DNA from: Candidatus Krumholzibacteriia bacterium
Lineage (GTDB): Bacteria > Krumholzibacteriota > Krumholzibacteriia > LZORAL124-64-63
Reading direction: 5' to 3'
NCBI GenBank assembly: GCA_046484865.1
Contig: JAWOID010000059.1
Span: 1-55,009 of the forward strand
DNA length: 55,009 bases
Positions 16,536 to 25,705 of this stretch are shown in pieces. The notes beneath the pieces were generated by a model, which worked only from the letters and a program-made list of their open reading frames with translations, did not search any database and had not been told where the DNA came from. Every line of letters starts with the position of its first letter. The first letter of the stretch is position 1. A program made the translations under genes and the position numbers.

Positions 16536-17155
16536 CAGATATCGAAGCTCTGCCGCTGCGCGGCGGCGGGAGGCGCGGGTGCCGGAGGGGCCTCGCCGCC
16601 GGCTTCCCCGGGCGCCCGGCGGTGACCGATGACCCGGGCGGGGAACCCCGCGAGGATGGCGAACTCCGGATAACGCTTGCGGTGCACGACGCTGCCGGCC
16701 GTGACCACGCATCCGCGGGGGATCTCCACGCCCGGCATCACGAAGACGTTCGCGCCGAGCCAGACGCCGTCGCCGAGAGTCACCTGCGCGCGGTCCCAGC
16801 CCTGCTCGCGGATGGGACGGTCGAGATCGTCGTACCGGTGGTTCACCGACCAGATCTTCACGCCCGGCCCCAGCATCACGTCGTTGCCCAGCACGATGTC
16901 GCCGCCCGCCTGCAGGAAGCAGTCCACGCCCAGTTCCACGTCGTTCCCCAGGCTGAGCCGGTGGACGTTGCGGATGCGCACCCCCTCGTGGACCCGCAGC
17001 CCCGGGCCGGATGCTTTGAGGAACCGGCGCAGGTAACGCGCCCGCAGGTCCTCCCCGAAGCCGCCGGGCAGGCCCCTGAGCAGCGCCCAGACGTGGTTGA
17101 AGCGGCCGTAGCGGTCCCGGTTCTCCCAGATGAGGCGCTTGAACGCTCGGATCAT
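16535..17155 (-). CDS. Hexapeptide-repeat (LbH) O-acyltransferase
   Basis: Start MIRAFK (ATG 17155). LGNDVMLGPGVKIWSVNH, LGDGVWLGANVFVMPGV, AGFPARVIG. Confidence 0.88.
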   Translation of the reverse strand: MIRAFKRLIWENRDRYGRFNHVWALLRGLPGGFGEDLRARYLRRFLKASGPGLRVHEGVRIRNVHRLSLGNDVELGVDCFLQAGGDIVLGNDVMLGPGVKIWSVNHRYDDLDRPIREQGWDRAQVTLGDGVWLGANVFVMPGVEIPRGCVVTAGSVVHRKRYPEFAILAGFPARVIGHRRAPGEAGGEAPPAPAPPAAAQRQSFDI

Positions 17156-17226
17156 GCGTCCGTCCTTCGGGGGGTTGGCGGCGCGGGCGGCAGGTTCCTG
17201 CCCCTGCCTGCCCGGCCAGACCGGGG

Positions 17227-18414
17227 TCAGAACATCGGTCGCACGGTGTTGTACACCCGCATGACTGCGCGACGGCACCGGATATCGATGGCGTCGCGGT
17301 ATCGCTCGCGGCCGGGGTGCAAGACCCGATCGTTCTTCGGCGCCGGCCGGTGCCACCCCATCGAGCACTCGGTGTTGAACCTGCGCTCGGGTCCGATCAG
17401 ACCATCGAGCTCTCGCCCGAGGATCTCGCCCGCGAGGCAGAGCGCATGAGTGAAGAACCAGGTTGAGAAGAGGTTGCCCGAACCCACCGGCGTTTCCGTG
17501 TACTCCATTCCCATGTGGTGGAACGCCTGCCCCCGCATGTCCTCGAATCCGCCCCGGGGCGTCTGCTTCTCGAGGATGAGCGCCACCGCGCGGCGCAGTG
17601 AACGACGGATCTCGCGGCGGCGATGATCCACCAGCTTGTAGAAGTTCACGAGGATGTCGATCCCGTCCACCATCGCGCACGTGCCCGCATCCTGCCACCG
17701 GGAATAGCCGCCGTCGAAGTGCTGCAGCGCCAGCGTCGAATCGATGATGGACTGGGGATGCCTCACGGGCCGGCGCCAGCAATGGTAGAGGAGCAACTGG
17801 TGGTACGCGCCGTACATCGCCACGTCCGGCCTCGCGCCGCGATCGGTGCCCCAGAATCCCGTCCGCGGGTCCTGCCTGGCATCCAGCCAGTCGAAGAAGA
17901 ACTCCATGAGCGCGGGAATCCGCTCATCCTGCTCATGGGCCTGGATGTAGGTCAGGAACTGTCCCACGAACAGCAGATTGTTGCCCTCGATCCACACGTG
18001 ATCCCAGTCGCGCGCTTCGAGCCAGGAGCGCAGGCCGGCCTCGGCGAGGAGCGGATCCATGAAACGCAGCGGATGGGCGGCGGTGCCCCCGAGCACGGCC
18101 AGCGCCGGCAGGACGTGCGCCGTCAGGTGCATGGACAGGTGCTCGCGAGAGTGAGCGGCGCTCTTCAGTCGCCCTTCCGTCAGCTCGGGACCCAGGAAAT
18201 AGCCCGAGTCCGGATCCTGGAACCGTCGTATGTACTCGATCCAGCTCTGCCGGGTCGATTCCGACAGCTCGATGCCGAGGTCGTGGGTGATCATCGCCGC
18301 ATAGCACGAAGCATACAGGCACTCGGGGCCGTCGGGGTGGATACGGTAGGCGTTGCGATCGCCGCAACGGCAGGCCTCCACGAACCGGAGTACTCGCTGC
18401 TTGATGGTCGTCAT
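17227..18414 (-). CDS. Prenyltransferase/squalene-cyclase-repeat (alpha/alpha toroid) family protein
   Basis: Start MTTIKQ (ATGA overlap with upstream GT). Four spaced QW-like motifs: QDPDSGYF, QDPRTGFW, QHFDGGYS, QTPRGGFE. Confidence 0.6.
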   Translation of the reverse strand: MTTIKQRVLRFVEACRCGDRNAYRIHPDGPECLYASCYAAMITHDLGIELSESTRQSWIEYIRRFQDPDSGYFLGPELTEGRLKSAAHSREHLSMHLTAHVLPALAVLGGTAAHPLRFMDPLLAEAGLRSWLEARDWDHVWIEGNNLLFVGQFLTYIQAHEQDERIPALMEFFFDWLDARQDPRTGFWGTDRGARPDVAMYGAYHQLLLYHCWRRPVRHPQSIIDSTLALQHFDGGYSRWQDAGTCAMVDGIDILVNFYKLVDHRRREIRRSLRRAVALILEKQTPRGGFEDMRGQAFHHMGMEYTETPVGSGNLFSTWFFTHALCLAGEILGRELDGLIGPERRFNTECSMGWHRPAPKNDRVLHPGRERYRDAIDIRCRRAVMRVYNTVRPMF

Positions 18415-19340
18415 CCGTCCCTCTGCCTTGCCCTGCGTGCGCGGTCGACGAGCGCGGCGGGAAGGTACGTCAGCGCGAACCGCAGCCACCCGCCGGCCGA
18501 CAGACTGGATGGATCGGTACGCGCGGCGCTCCAGTAGGCCCGGCGGGCCCACCGATACTCCCCGGCGTGGAACAGGCCGCCGCCGAATCCGGCGGCGAGC
18601 GTCGATAGCCGCGTCTTCACGAGCGGGTCGTCCTTCGACAGCGGACCCAGGGCCGCTGCCCGGTTCAGCGCCGCCTGCATGCCGACGAAGCGCCGGACCG
18701 GGTGGAGGGTCGCGTTGCCGGGGTGACGGCGATAGCAGACCAGCTTCTCCCGGACGACACCGATCCTGTACCTCGCGGACATCCGGAGCCAGAGATCGTA
18801 GTCCTGGCAGTTCCGGAGCCGGGGGTCGGTGCTGAAGAGCCCGACCTCCATCAACGCCTCTCGCCGCGCGATGACCTCGGAGGCGCTGGAGATGTAATTC
18901 GCTCGAAAGAGATCGCGGAAGATATCCCCTTCCGGCAGGTGTGCCGGCGCATCGGCGTAGGGAATGACCTCGCCGGCTTCGGTCACCCATTCCTTGTCAC
19001 AGTAGACGAGAGCCAGGTCCGGTTCGACGGCGAATCGCTGCAGTTGCTTCTCCGTCTTGTCGGGCAGCCAGCAGTCGTCGGCGTCGAGGAAGGCCACGAA
19101 GGTGCCGGTCGCTCGAGCGATGCCCGTGTTGCGGGCGGTCGCGGCCCCGGCGTTCTCCTGCCGGAGGTAGCGGACGCGCCCGCCGAACGTCTCGACCGCT
19201 TCCCGGGTCCGGTCGGTCGACCCGTCGTCCACGACGATGATCTCCTCGGGAACGACCGTCTGCCGGAGCGCCGAACTGATCGCCTGTTGCACGAACGACT
19301 CGGCGTTGTAAGCCGGAATCACGACGCTGACACTGGGCAT
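18411..19340 (-). CDS. Glycosyltransferase family 2
   Basis: VSVVIPAYN, VVDDGSTD, NAGAATARNTG, FLDADD, QDYDLWLR. Confidence 0.93.
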   Translation of the reverse strand: MPSVSVVIPAYNAESFVQQAISSALRQTVVPEEIIVVDDGSTDRTREAVETFGGRVRYLRQENAGAATARNTGIARATGTFVAFLDADDCWLPDKTEKQLQRFAVEPDLALVYCDKEWVTEAGEVIPYADAPAHLPEGDIFRDLFRANYISSASEVIARREALMEVGLFSTDPRLRNCQDYDLWLRMSARYRIGVVREKLVCYRRHPGNATLHPVRRFVGMQAALNRAAALGPLSKDDPLVKTRLSTLAAGFGGGLFHAGEYRWARRAYWSAARTDPSSLSAGGWLRFALTYLPAALVDRARRARQRDG

Positions 19341-19512
19341 CGAGAATCCTTCGGAGGCACGGTTGCAGTTCGACCGCCGATCAGGCGGGCCGGGACCGGA
19401 ATTCCGACCCGGTCCCGTCGACCTAGATCTAGCCGGTTACCTCGCGTGCTGCAAAGGTATTCGTAGATCGTCTTGGCGTCCCGTTCTCCGGCCGGCGGCC
19501 CCCCGTGCGGCC

Positions 19513-20865
19513 TCACGAGATCCTGCAGATGGAGAACCGGTACTTGCCGTTACGCTCCGCCGGGATCTCGTCCAGCAGCCGGATCTGCACCCGGAGGCCC
19601 GATCCCAGATGCCGCCGGAGCTCCTGCTCGAGCGCCCGGGCCGTCTCCTCGCCCCAGCCGCGTCCCGCCACGACGTTCGCCACGATCGCCCCGCGCTCCT
19701 CCTGGACGAGCTGGAGCTGCCGGATCCCCCCGTACCGGGTGAGCGTGTTCTCGATCAGCGAGATGCCCGCCACCTGGGAACCGTCCTCGGCGACGAGGAA
19801 GTCCGCCGTCCGCCCGCTGAGTCCCTCCATCAGCGGCAAGCCGCGGCCGCAGGGGCAGCTCCGGTCGGCCGGCGCCCCCCGGTCGCCCACCTCGTAGCGG
19901 ATCATGGGCATGCCCCGGTTGATCAGCTCCGTGACGACGATCCGGCCGTCCTCGCCGGGTGCGCAGGGCGAACCGTCGTCGCGCAGGAACTCCACGTAGC
20001 AGTGCTCGGCGTTGATGTGCATGCCCTGGTGGACCTCGCACTCGCAGGCGATGAGGCTCACTTCCTCGCAGCCGTAGCGATTGGTCACCGGCGTGCCGAA
20101 CACCTGCTCGATCACCCGCCGCTCGGGCTCGAGCAGCATCATGCTGGTGGCCACGATGCCGGCGGGTCGCAGACCGGTCTCCCCGCGCTCCCGCAGGTGC
20201 TCGGCCAGGATGAACAGGGAATGGGCGTGGCCGTACAGCAGCCCCGGGCGCCAGCGCCTCCAGTCGCGCACGAACCGGTCGACGGCCGCGGGGGTGATCT
20301 TCATCGTGTCGAGGTAGAAGCGGCGGTCCTTGAGATGACGACGCAGATGGCTCCTCCAGTTCCCGGGTCGGGGAGGGTTGCCCCAGACGGCAGCCAGCGG
20401 CTGGCCGAGCCGCCATCCCGCCCAGGTGTCGGCCCGCAGAGCGGCGGCGGCACGACGTTCCACACCCGCGCGATCGCAGTAGACGCGCAGCGCCTCTCCG
20501 GTGGAGCCGCCGGTCTTCGCGGGCACGAGATCGTCCCGGGAGTATCGGCTGGAAACGATCTCGGCAGTCGCATCACGGATGTCGGCTTTCGTCAGCAGGG
20601 GAAGCGACGCCAGATCCTCGATGCCCCGGACCGCCGCCGGGTCGATCCCCGCCGCCGCCAGCCGGTGGGCGTGGAGAGGCGAACTGGCCGCCGCGTGAGT
20701 CAGCAGCGAGCGAAGCCGAGCGAGCCGCTGGCCCTCCAGATCCGCCCGGGAGAACCACTGCGACCGGTCCAGATCGCGGTAGGTGCGCAGCCGGACCGAG
20801 CGCTCGTACAGATCCCACAACGGCTCGCACAGCGACGAAACCACGACGTCCGGTACCCGCAACAT
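19513..20865 (-). CDS. Phenylacetate-CoA-ligase-like / CapK-type adenylate-forming enzyme
   Basis: P-loop KTGGSTGE, NRYGCEE, MPMIRYEVGD, GRTAD, NGKYR. Confidence 0.85.
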   Translation of the reverse strand: MLRVPDVVVSSLCEPLWDLYERSVRLRTYRDLDRSQWFSRADLEGQRLARLRSLLTHAAASSPLHAHRLAAAGIDPAAVRGIEDLASLPLLTKADIRDATAEIVSSRYSRDDLVPAKTGGSTGEALRVYCDRAGVERRAAAALRADTWAGWRLGQPLAAVWGNPPRPGNWRSHLRRHLKDRRFYLDTMKITPAAVDRFVRDWRRWRPGLLYGHAHSLFILAEHLRERGETGLRPAGIVATSMMLLEPERRVIEQVFGTPVTNRYGCEEVSLIACECEVHQGMHINAEHCYVEFLRDDGSPCAPGEDGRIVVTELINRGMPMIRYEVGDRGAPADRSCPCGRGLPLMEGLSGRTADFLVAEDGSQVAGISLIENTLTRYGGIRQLQLVQEERGAIVANVVAGRGWGEETARALEQELRRHLGSGLRVQIRLLDEIPAERNGKYRFSICRIS

Positions 20866-20895
20866 GTCTGCTTCCAGCTCCTCGCTCGCCGGCCG

Positions 20896-22035
20896 CTAGT
20901 CGAGCCGTGCCCCGGTCGAGGCGCCCGCCACGCGCCTTCTCCCCGGGCGGCTTTCGAGCTGCTCGACGTAGTACTCCTCGTGAGCCCGGGCGCATGCCTC
21001 CCAGGAGAACCGCTGCACGAGGTCGCGACGGGCACGCGCGGCGAGCCGCCCGGCCAGACCCTCCGTCCGCAGCAGTTCGCGAACGGCCGCCGCCAGTCCC
21101 TCTGCATCGTCCGGGCGGACGAGCAGACCGTTCTCACGATCGCGGATCGCGTCCACGTTCCCGCCCACGGCGGTGGCCACGGCCGCGCAGCCGCTCGCCA
21201 TGTACTCCAGCAGCGCGTTGGAGAATCCCTCGGAATCCGAGCAGAGCACACCCACATCCCATCTCGCCAGGATCTCACGGACGTCATCGCGACGCCCGAG
21301 GAACCGCATGCGGCGTGAGATGTCCAGTTCGGCGGCCCGGTGCTCGAGCTGGGCGCGCAACCGGCCTTCGCCGGCGATCTCCCAGGTCACGTCGGGAAAA
21401 TCGCGCCCGAGGCGGCCCGCCGCCTCCACGAACAGGTCGACCCTCTTCACGGGACGGTTCAGATTCGCCAGGATCCCCACCACGCGCGGCGACGTCTCCG
21501 GTTCGCGGTAGACGAACGCTTCCGGATCGATGCCGTTGGGGATGACCTGGACGCGGCGCGGGTCGAGGCCGTCGGCGGCGCAGACATGGTCGCGCACGGC
21601 GCTGGAATTCGCCATGAATCCGGTCATCCGCCGGTAGACCTGCCGCAGGAGGACCACCTGGAGCGGTCGCCGCCAGAAGCCGAGGTCCCGGAACGACGCC
21701 ACCCGGACGGGCACTCCTGCGAGCCACGCGGCAGTTCCCCCGAAGGCGGTGCTGTCGGGGTGATACGTCTGGACGACGTCGATGGCATGCTCCCGCAGGT
21801 ATCCGGCCAGGCGCCGGATGGCAAGCAGGCCGCCGGGACGCAGGAGGCCCGCCACGCGCCAGTCCAGATGCGGCAAGTCGGCGGGCGCGACCAGAGGGTC
21901 GCCGGCACGCAGGGTGCACAGGTGCGGCGCGAAGCGGTCGCGGTCGAGATGGTCCAGCAGCCCACGCAGCTGAAGTTCCGTCCCGCCCCTGGTCATCGCG
22001 TCGATGCAGAAGAGCACCTCGATGCGCTCTTTCAC
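20896..22035 (-). CDS. Glycosyltransferase family 4 (GT-B)
   Basis: Start GTG 22035 after GGAGGA. GGTE, VIPNGID, SEGFSNALLEYMASG (EX7E motif). Confidence 0.92.
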   Translation of the reverse strand: MKERIEVLFCIDAMTRGGTELQLRGLLDHLDRDRFAPHLCTLRAGDPLVAPADLPHLDWRVAGLLRPGGLLAIRRLAGYLREHAIDVVQTYHPDSTAFGGTAAWLAGVPVRVASFRDLGFWRRPLQVVLLRQVYRRMTGFMANSSAVRDHVCAADGLDPRRVQVIPNGIDPEAFVYREPETSPRVVGILANLNRPVKRVDLFVEAAGRLGRDFPDVTWEIAGEGRLRAQLEHRAAELDISRRMRFLGRRDDVREILARWDVGVLCSDSEGFSNALLEYMASGCAAVATAVGGNVDAIRDRENGLLVRPDDAEGLAAAVRELLRTEGLAGRLAARARRDLVQRFSWEACARAHEEYYVEQLESRPGRRRVAGASTGARLD

Positions 22036-22212
22036 GGTGTGTCCTCCCCCGGGGGCGAACTCCGCATGATGTCGTGTCCGCCGATCGTCGATCATTTGAT
22101 CGGACGCGGCCGGCCCGTGCAAGATATTCCATTCTCGTTCCCGTTGCGCCTCGCGCGTCGAGTCGCTAGCATCACCGCGTCCGCAGCGCGGCTTGATCGA
22201 GCACACGAGGTC

Positions 22213-23196
22213 GTGAAGTCCATGGTCAGGAGGAGGATAGCCGAGAGCTTGATCCCCGGGCCGGTCGCCCGCGCGCGGCTCCGTCGCCGGCTCGCACGAG
22301 GCGCGGTGGCGCTGATGTACCACGAGGTCCTGCCGGACGACCATCCGGTCGCCGCCTGGACCGTGGTTCGCGCCTCGCAGTTCCGGGCGCAGATGGAATT
22401 CCTGAAGCGGCACTTCGATTGCGTCTCCATCGATGATGCCCGAGAACGTTTGAGTCCCGGTCGACGCCTGGCTCGGCCGCTGGCGGTCGTCACGTTCGAT
22501 GACGGCTACGCGGGAAATCTCCAGCAGGCGCTGCCGATCCTCGCCGACCTGGGCATACCGGCTCACTTCTACGTTGCGACGCAGTCCTGCCAGGAGCAGT
22601 CGCTCTTCTGGTACGATCGGATCATCGGTCTCCTCGGACTGGAGCGGACGTTGACGGTGGACCTCCGCGAGCACGGCTTCGGGGAGTTCCGGCTGAATTC
22701 GTCGCGCACCGAATCGGGCCGCTGGGAGCAGATGCAACGATTGCTCGAGGTCCTGAAGACCATGGAGCCGGCGGCCCGGATGGGGGCGGTCGACAGCATC
22801 TCGGCCGATGTGACCGCGCCGATCGCGTTCCGGATGATGACTGCCGCCGAGATCGCCGAGCTGTCACGCAGCCCGCTGGCCTCGGTCGGCGGCCACTCCC
22901 ACACGCACGACATCCTCGTCCAGCTCGATGATGCCGCCGTGCGCACCACCTTGCAGGTGAACCGATCCCTGCTGGAACACTGGTGCGGAGTTCCGGTCAC
23001 GCACTTCTCGTATCCGAACGGAGATACGGATCGGAGGATCGCCGGCATCGTCAAGGAACTCGGGTTCGCCAGCGCGGTGACCACCCGTCCCGGGATCTGG
23101 TCGGCGGCATCGGATCCCCACCGGCTGCCCCGCCAGGGCATCGGACGATTCGCGACCGTCAGGTACATCCAGGCTCGCCTCGCCGGCCTGGTCTGA
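22213..23196 (+). CDS. Polysaccharide deacetylase (NodB/CE4)
   Basis: LMYHEV, VTFDDGY, GGHSHTH, FSYPNG. Divergent from the GT4 gene. Confidence 0.9.
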   Translation: MKSMVRRRIAESLIPGPVARARLRRRLARGAVALMYHEVLPDDHPVAAWTVVRASQFRAQMEFLKRHFDCVSIDDARERLSPGRRLARPLAVVTFDDGYAGNLQQALPILADLGIPAHFYVATQSCQEQSLFWYDRIIGLLGLERTLTVDLREHGFGEFRLNSSRTESGRWEQMQRLLEVLKTMEPAARMGAVDSISADVTAPIAFRMMTAAEIAELSRSPLASVGGHSHTHDILVQLDDAAVRTTLQVNRSLLEHWCGVPVTHFSYPNGDTDRRIAGIVKELGFASAVTTRPGIWSAASDPHRLPRQGIGRFATVRYIQARLAGLV

Positions 23197-23209
23197 AGGG
23201 AGATCGGCC

Positions 23210-23752
23210 ATCAAGTTCAGCTCCGTCTGCCAGGGTCTGCGCACGGTCCTGCGCCCACGCGTCCTCGCGCAGCTGTTCTACAATCTGAAGTGGTTCGTCA
23301 AGGATCGCCTCGAGCCGTATGCTGCGGTCCGGATTCCCGCCCGGAGCTTCGTCCATCCGTCCGTGAACTTCAAATCGCCCGAGAACGTCATCATCGGCGT
23401 CCGCGTCCGCATCCAGCCGAACGTCTGCCTCTGGGCGTCGCCCAATGCGCGCATCGAGATCGGGGATCTGTCGGGAATCGGTCCGGGAACCATGATCTTC
23501 TCGTCGAATCACGCGTACCGGTTCGGCGCCACCTACATCGAACAGCCCTGGGTGGAGAAGACTGTCCGGATCGAGAAGAACGTCTGGGTGGGAGCGGGCT
23601 GCATCATCACGGCCGGCGTGACGATCGGCGAGGGAACGGTCGTCGCCGGCGGATCCGTGGTCACTCGCGACATCCCGCCGTTCTCGCTGGCAGCAGGGGT
23701 GCCGTGCCGCGTGGTGAGGTCGGCCGATGCGCCGCCAGTCGGCGAGGCTTGA
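23210..23752 (+). CDS. Hexapeptide-repeat (LbH) O-acyltransferase; probable non-canonical ATC start
   Basis: IEKNVWVGAGCIITAGVTIGEGTVVAGGSVVTRDIPP, AGVPCRVV. The frame is open 51 codons upstream of GTG 23363, back to ATC 23210 preceded by SD AAGGGAG. Confidence 0.82.
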   Translation: MKFSSVCQGLRTVLRPRVLAQLFYNLKWFVKDRLEPYAAVRIPARSFVHPSVNFKSPENVIIGVRVRIQPNVCLWASPNARIEIGDLSGIGPGTMIFSSNHAYRFGATYIEQPWVEKTVRIEKNVWVGAGCIITAGVTIGEGTVVAGGSVVTRDIPPFSLAAGVPCRVVRSADAPPVGEA

Positions 23753-23794
23753 AGCACGGCTGTCCCCGGCGGTGCCGAGCCCGGCAGCGGCAGA

Positions 23795-25411
23795 TCAACT
23801 CTTGCCGCGCCGCCCGAGCAAGGTCCTGGTTCGCCGCGCCACGCGCTCCCCCGTCTCGTGATGCACCAGCGGCATCATCAGGAGAAAACTCAGGGAAAGA
23901 ATCGATTTCACGCCGATCTCGAGCACCTTCTCGCCACTCTCCGCCAGCATCGTGATCACCTTGCCGTCCTTCCAGGTACCGAGCCAGGTGTTGCCGAGCG
24001 AGTCGAGTGCACCGTTCGCTGCGCCGGCCGCCGGACTCGCCCACCGGACCACCACTTCCATGTCGATGGCGTTCAGCGCCAGGAACAGGGCCACGCTCGC
24101 GCCGACCATCGCGGCCAGCTTGGACCATTCCAGCACGAGGCGATAGTAGCGCTGCGACACGACGAACGACCACACGAGCAGCACCGAAGCCGTGACGAGT
24201 GCCGAATAGGCAGCTCCATAGAGGCCCCAGAGGCTGATGGCGGTGTAGGAGACCGCCACTTTCAGCGCCGAGGTGACCATCCTGATCCTGGCCAGCAAGC
24301 CCGTCTTCTTCGCATAGTAGAGGCCGAAGTGGAGGTGGACGTACGCCGCCAGCACGATGGTGGTGACGATCTCGATCCTGGCGATCCGGCCCGCTTCCCA
24401 GAACTCCGGCGGGGTGAGCAATTCCAGCACGGCCTGGATGTTCACCGCCATCAACAGTCCGCCGAACAGCAGCAGGAACATGGAGTAGGTGAACATCCTG
24501 CCGATGCGTTCGGGGGCGCCCGGCTGATCGGCGATCTCCGTCCGCTTCGTGTTCCAGCTGCTCATGAACGGGTTGGCGATCAGCAGGTTGAGCAGGACCG
24601 GGAACTTGTAAGCCATCTCCAGCACGCCGAGCGTGTCGATGCCGATCTGGAAGCGGACCAGGACCCGCTCGATCTGGCGCGACACGAACTGGGCCATGCT
24701 GCCTGGGATCAACGGCAACTGGTAACCGAGGAGGTCCCTGGCCAGCTTGCGGTCGAACCCGATGCCGACCATGCGCCCGGAAACGGCGAGCGAGACGGCA
24801 CCGGCGATGAGCGCGGTCACGAACGACGCGACGAAATAGCCCAGGAGGTCCCAGCGCAGCACCACGACGAACAGGATGCTGCTGCTGATCCCCAGGATCA
24901 GGCGCAGCAGACTGAGGGAGGAGTAGGTCTTGGACCGCCTTTCGATCGTGAGGATCGTGTTGGCGGTCCTCGCGACGATGTCGAAGAAGAACGATGCCAG
25001 CGCCAGGCAGATCAGGTGCCAGTACTCCGGCGTCCCGAGCAGGAGCCGCGACAGCGGCACGCTGAAGAGCCCTGCGATCAGGACGATGCCGAACGAGAGC
25101 CCCCCGGCGATGGTGATGCCCGTTGACACCACCTTGCGCTTCTGTTCGGGATCGGTCTGCTCGTGGTAGATCCGGGTGATGCCCGCCTGGAAGTTGTAGC
25201 CGAGGAGGCTGGCGAGGAACACCAGGCTCGCGTCGATCATCCCGATCACGCCATAGCCGATATCCCGCAGGATATGCGCGTAGAACGGGAGCATGATGAA
25301 GCTGATGGTGCGCCCGAGAATCGTCGCGCCGCTGTAAATGGCGGCGTGGTGGAAGGTCTCGCGGACCAACCCTTGCTTCTTTTCCGTTCCGGGCTGCCCA
25401 GGTGGTCGCAT
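23795..25411 (-). CDS. Wzx-type oligosaccharide flippase (MOP superfamily)
   Basis: About 12-14 hydrophobic segments. N-terminal HAAIYSGATILGRTISFIMLPFYAHIL..YGVI pattern typical of Wzx. Confidence 0.85.
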   Translation of the reverse strand: MRPPGQPGTEKKQGLVRETFHHAAIYSGATILGRTISFIMLPFYAHILRDIGYGVIGMIDASLVFLASLLGYNFQAGITRIYHEQTDPEQKRKVVSTGITIAGGLSFGIVLIAGLFSVPLSRLLLGTPEYWHLICLALASFFFDIVARTANTILTIERRSKTYSSLSLLRLILGISSSILFVVVLRWDLLGYFVASFVTALIAGAVSLAVSGRMVGIGFDRKLARDLLGYQLPLIPGSMAQFVSRQIERVLVRFQIGIDTLGVLEMAYKFPVLLNLLIANPFMSSWNTKRTEIADQPGAPERIGRMFTYSMFLLLFGGLLMAVNIQAVLELLTPPEFWEAGRIARIEIVTTIVLAAYVHLHFGLYYAKKTGLLARIRMVTSALKVAVSYTAISLWGLYGAAYSALVTASVLLVWSFVVSQRYYRLVLEWSKLAAMVGASVALFLALNAIDMEVVVRWASPAAGAANGALDSLGNTWLGTWKDGKVITMLAESGEKVLEIGVKSILSLSFLLMMPLVHHETGERVARRTRTLLGRRGKS

Positions 25412-25705
25412 GGAGGCCTGCACCGGGTGGAAGTCGTCCCTGCAAGAAGGTGGAGAAGCATCGCGGGCGCACGCAGCTGCTGGCGCACGGAGCCGCCTCA
25501 GCGTATTCCCAGGCGCTCGGTTCGTCCACCATCAACTCCCGGGGCCCTTGCGGCAGCGTTTTTGCGTTCTTGCCTGTCCAGCGACGTTGCTCCTGGCGTG
25601 CATGCCGGCAGCGCAGAACTGTCAGAAATCGGCAGAAGGGTACACGGTCAGGCCGTCCTGGGCGCGGGGTTCGGGTTGCCTGAACAGGGTGAATCGAGGG
25701 TGAAC

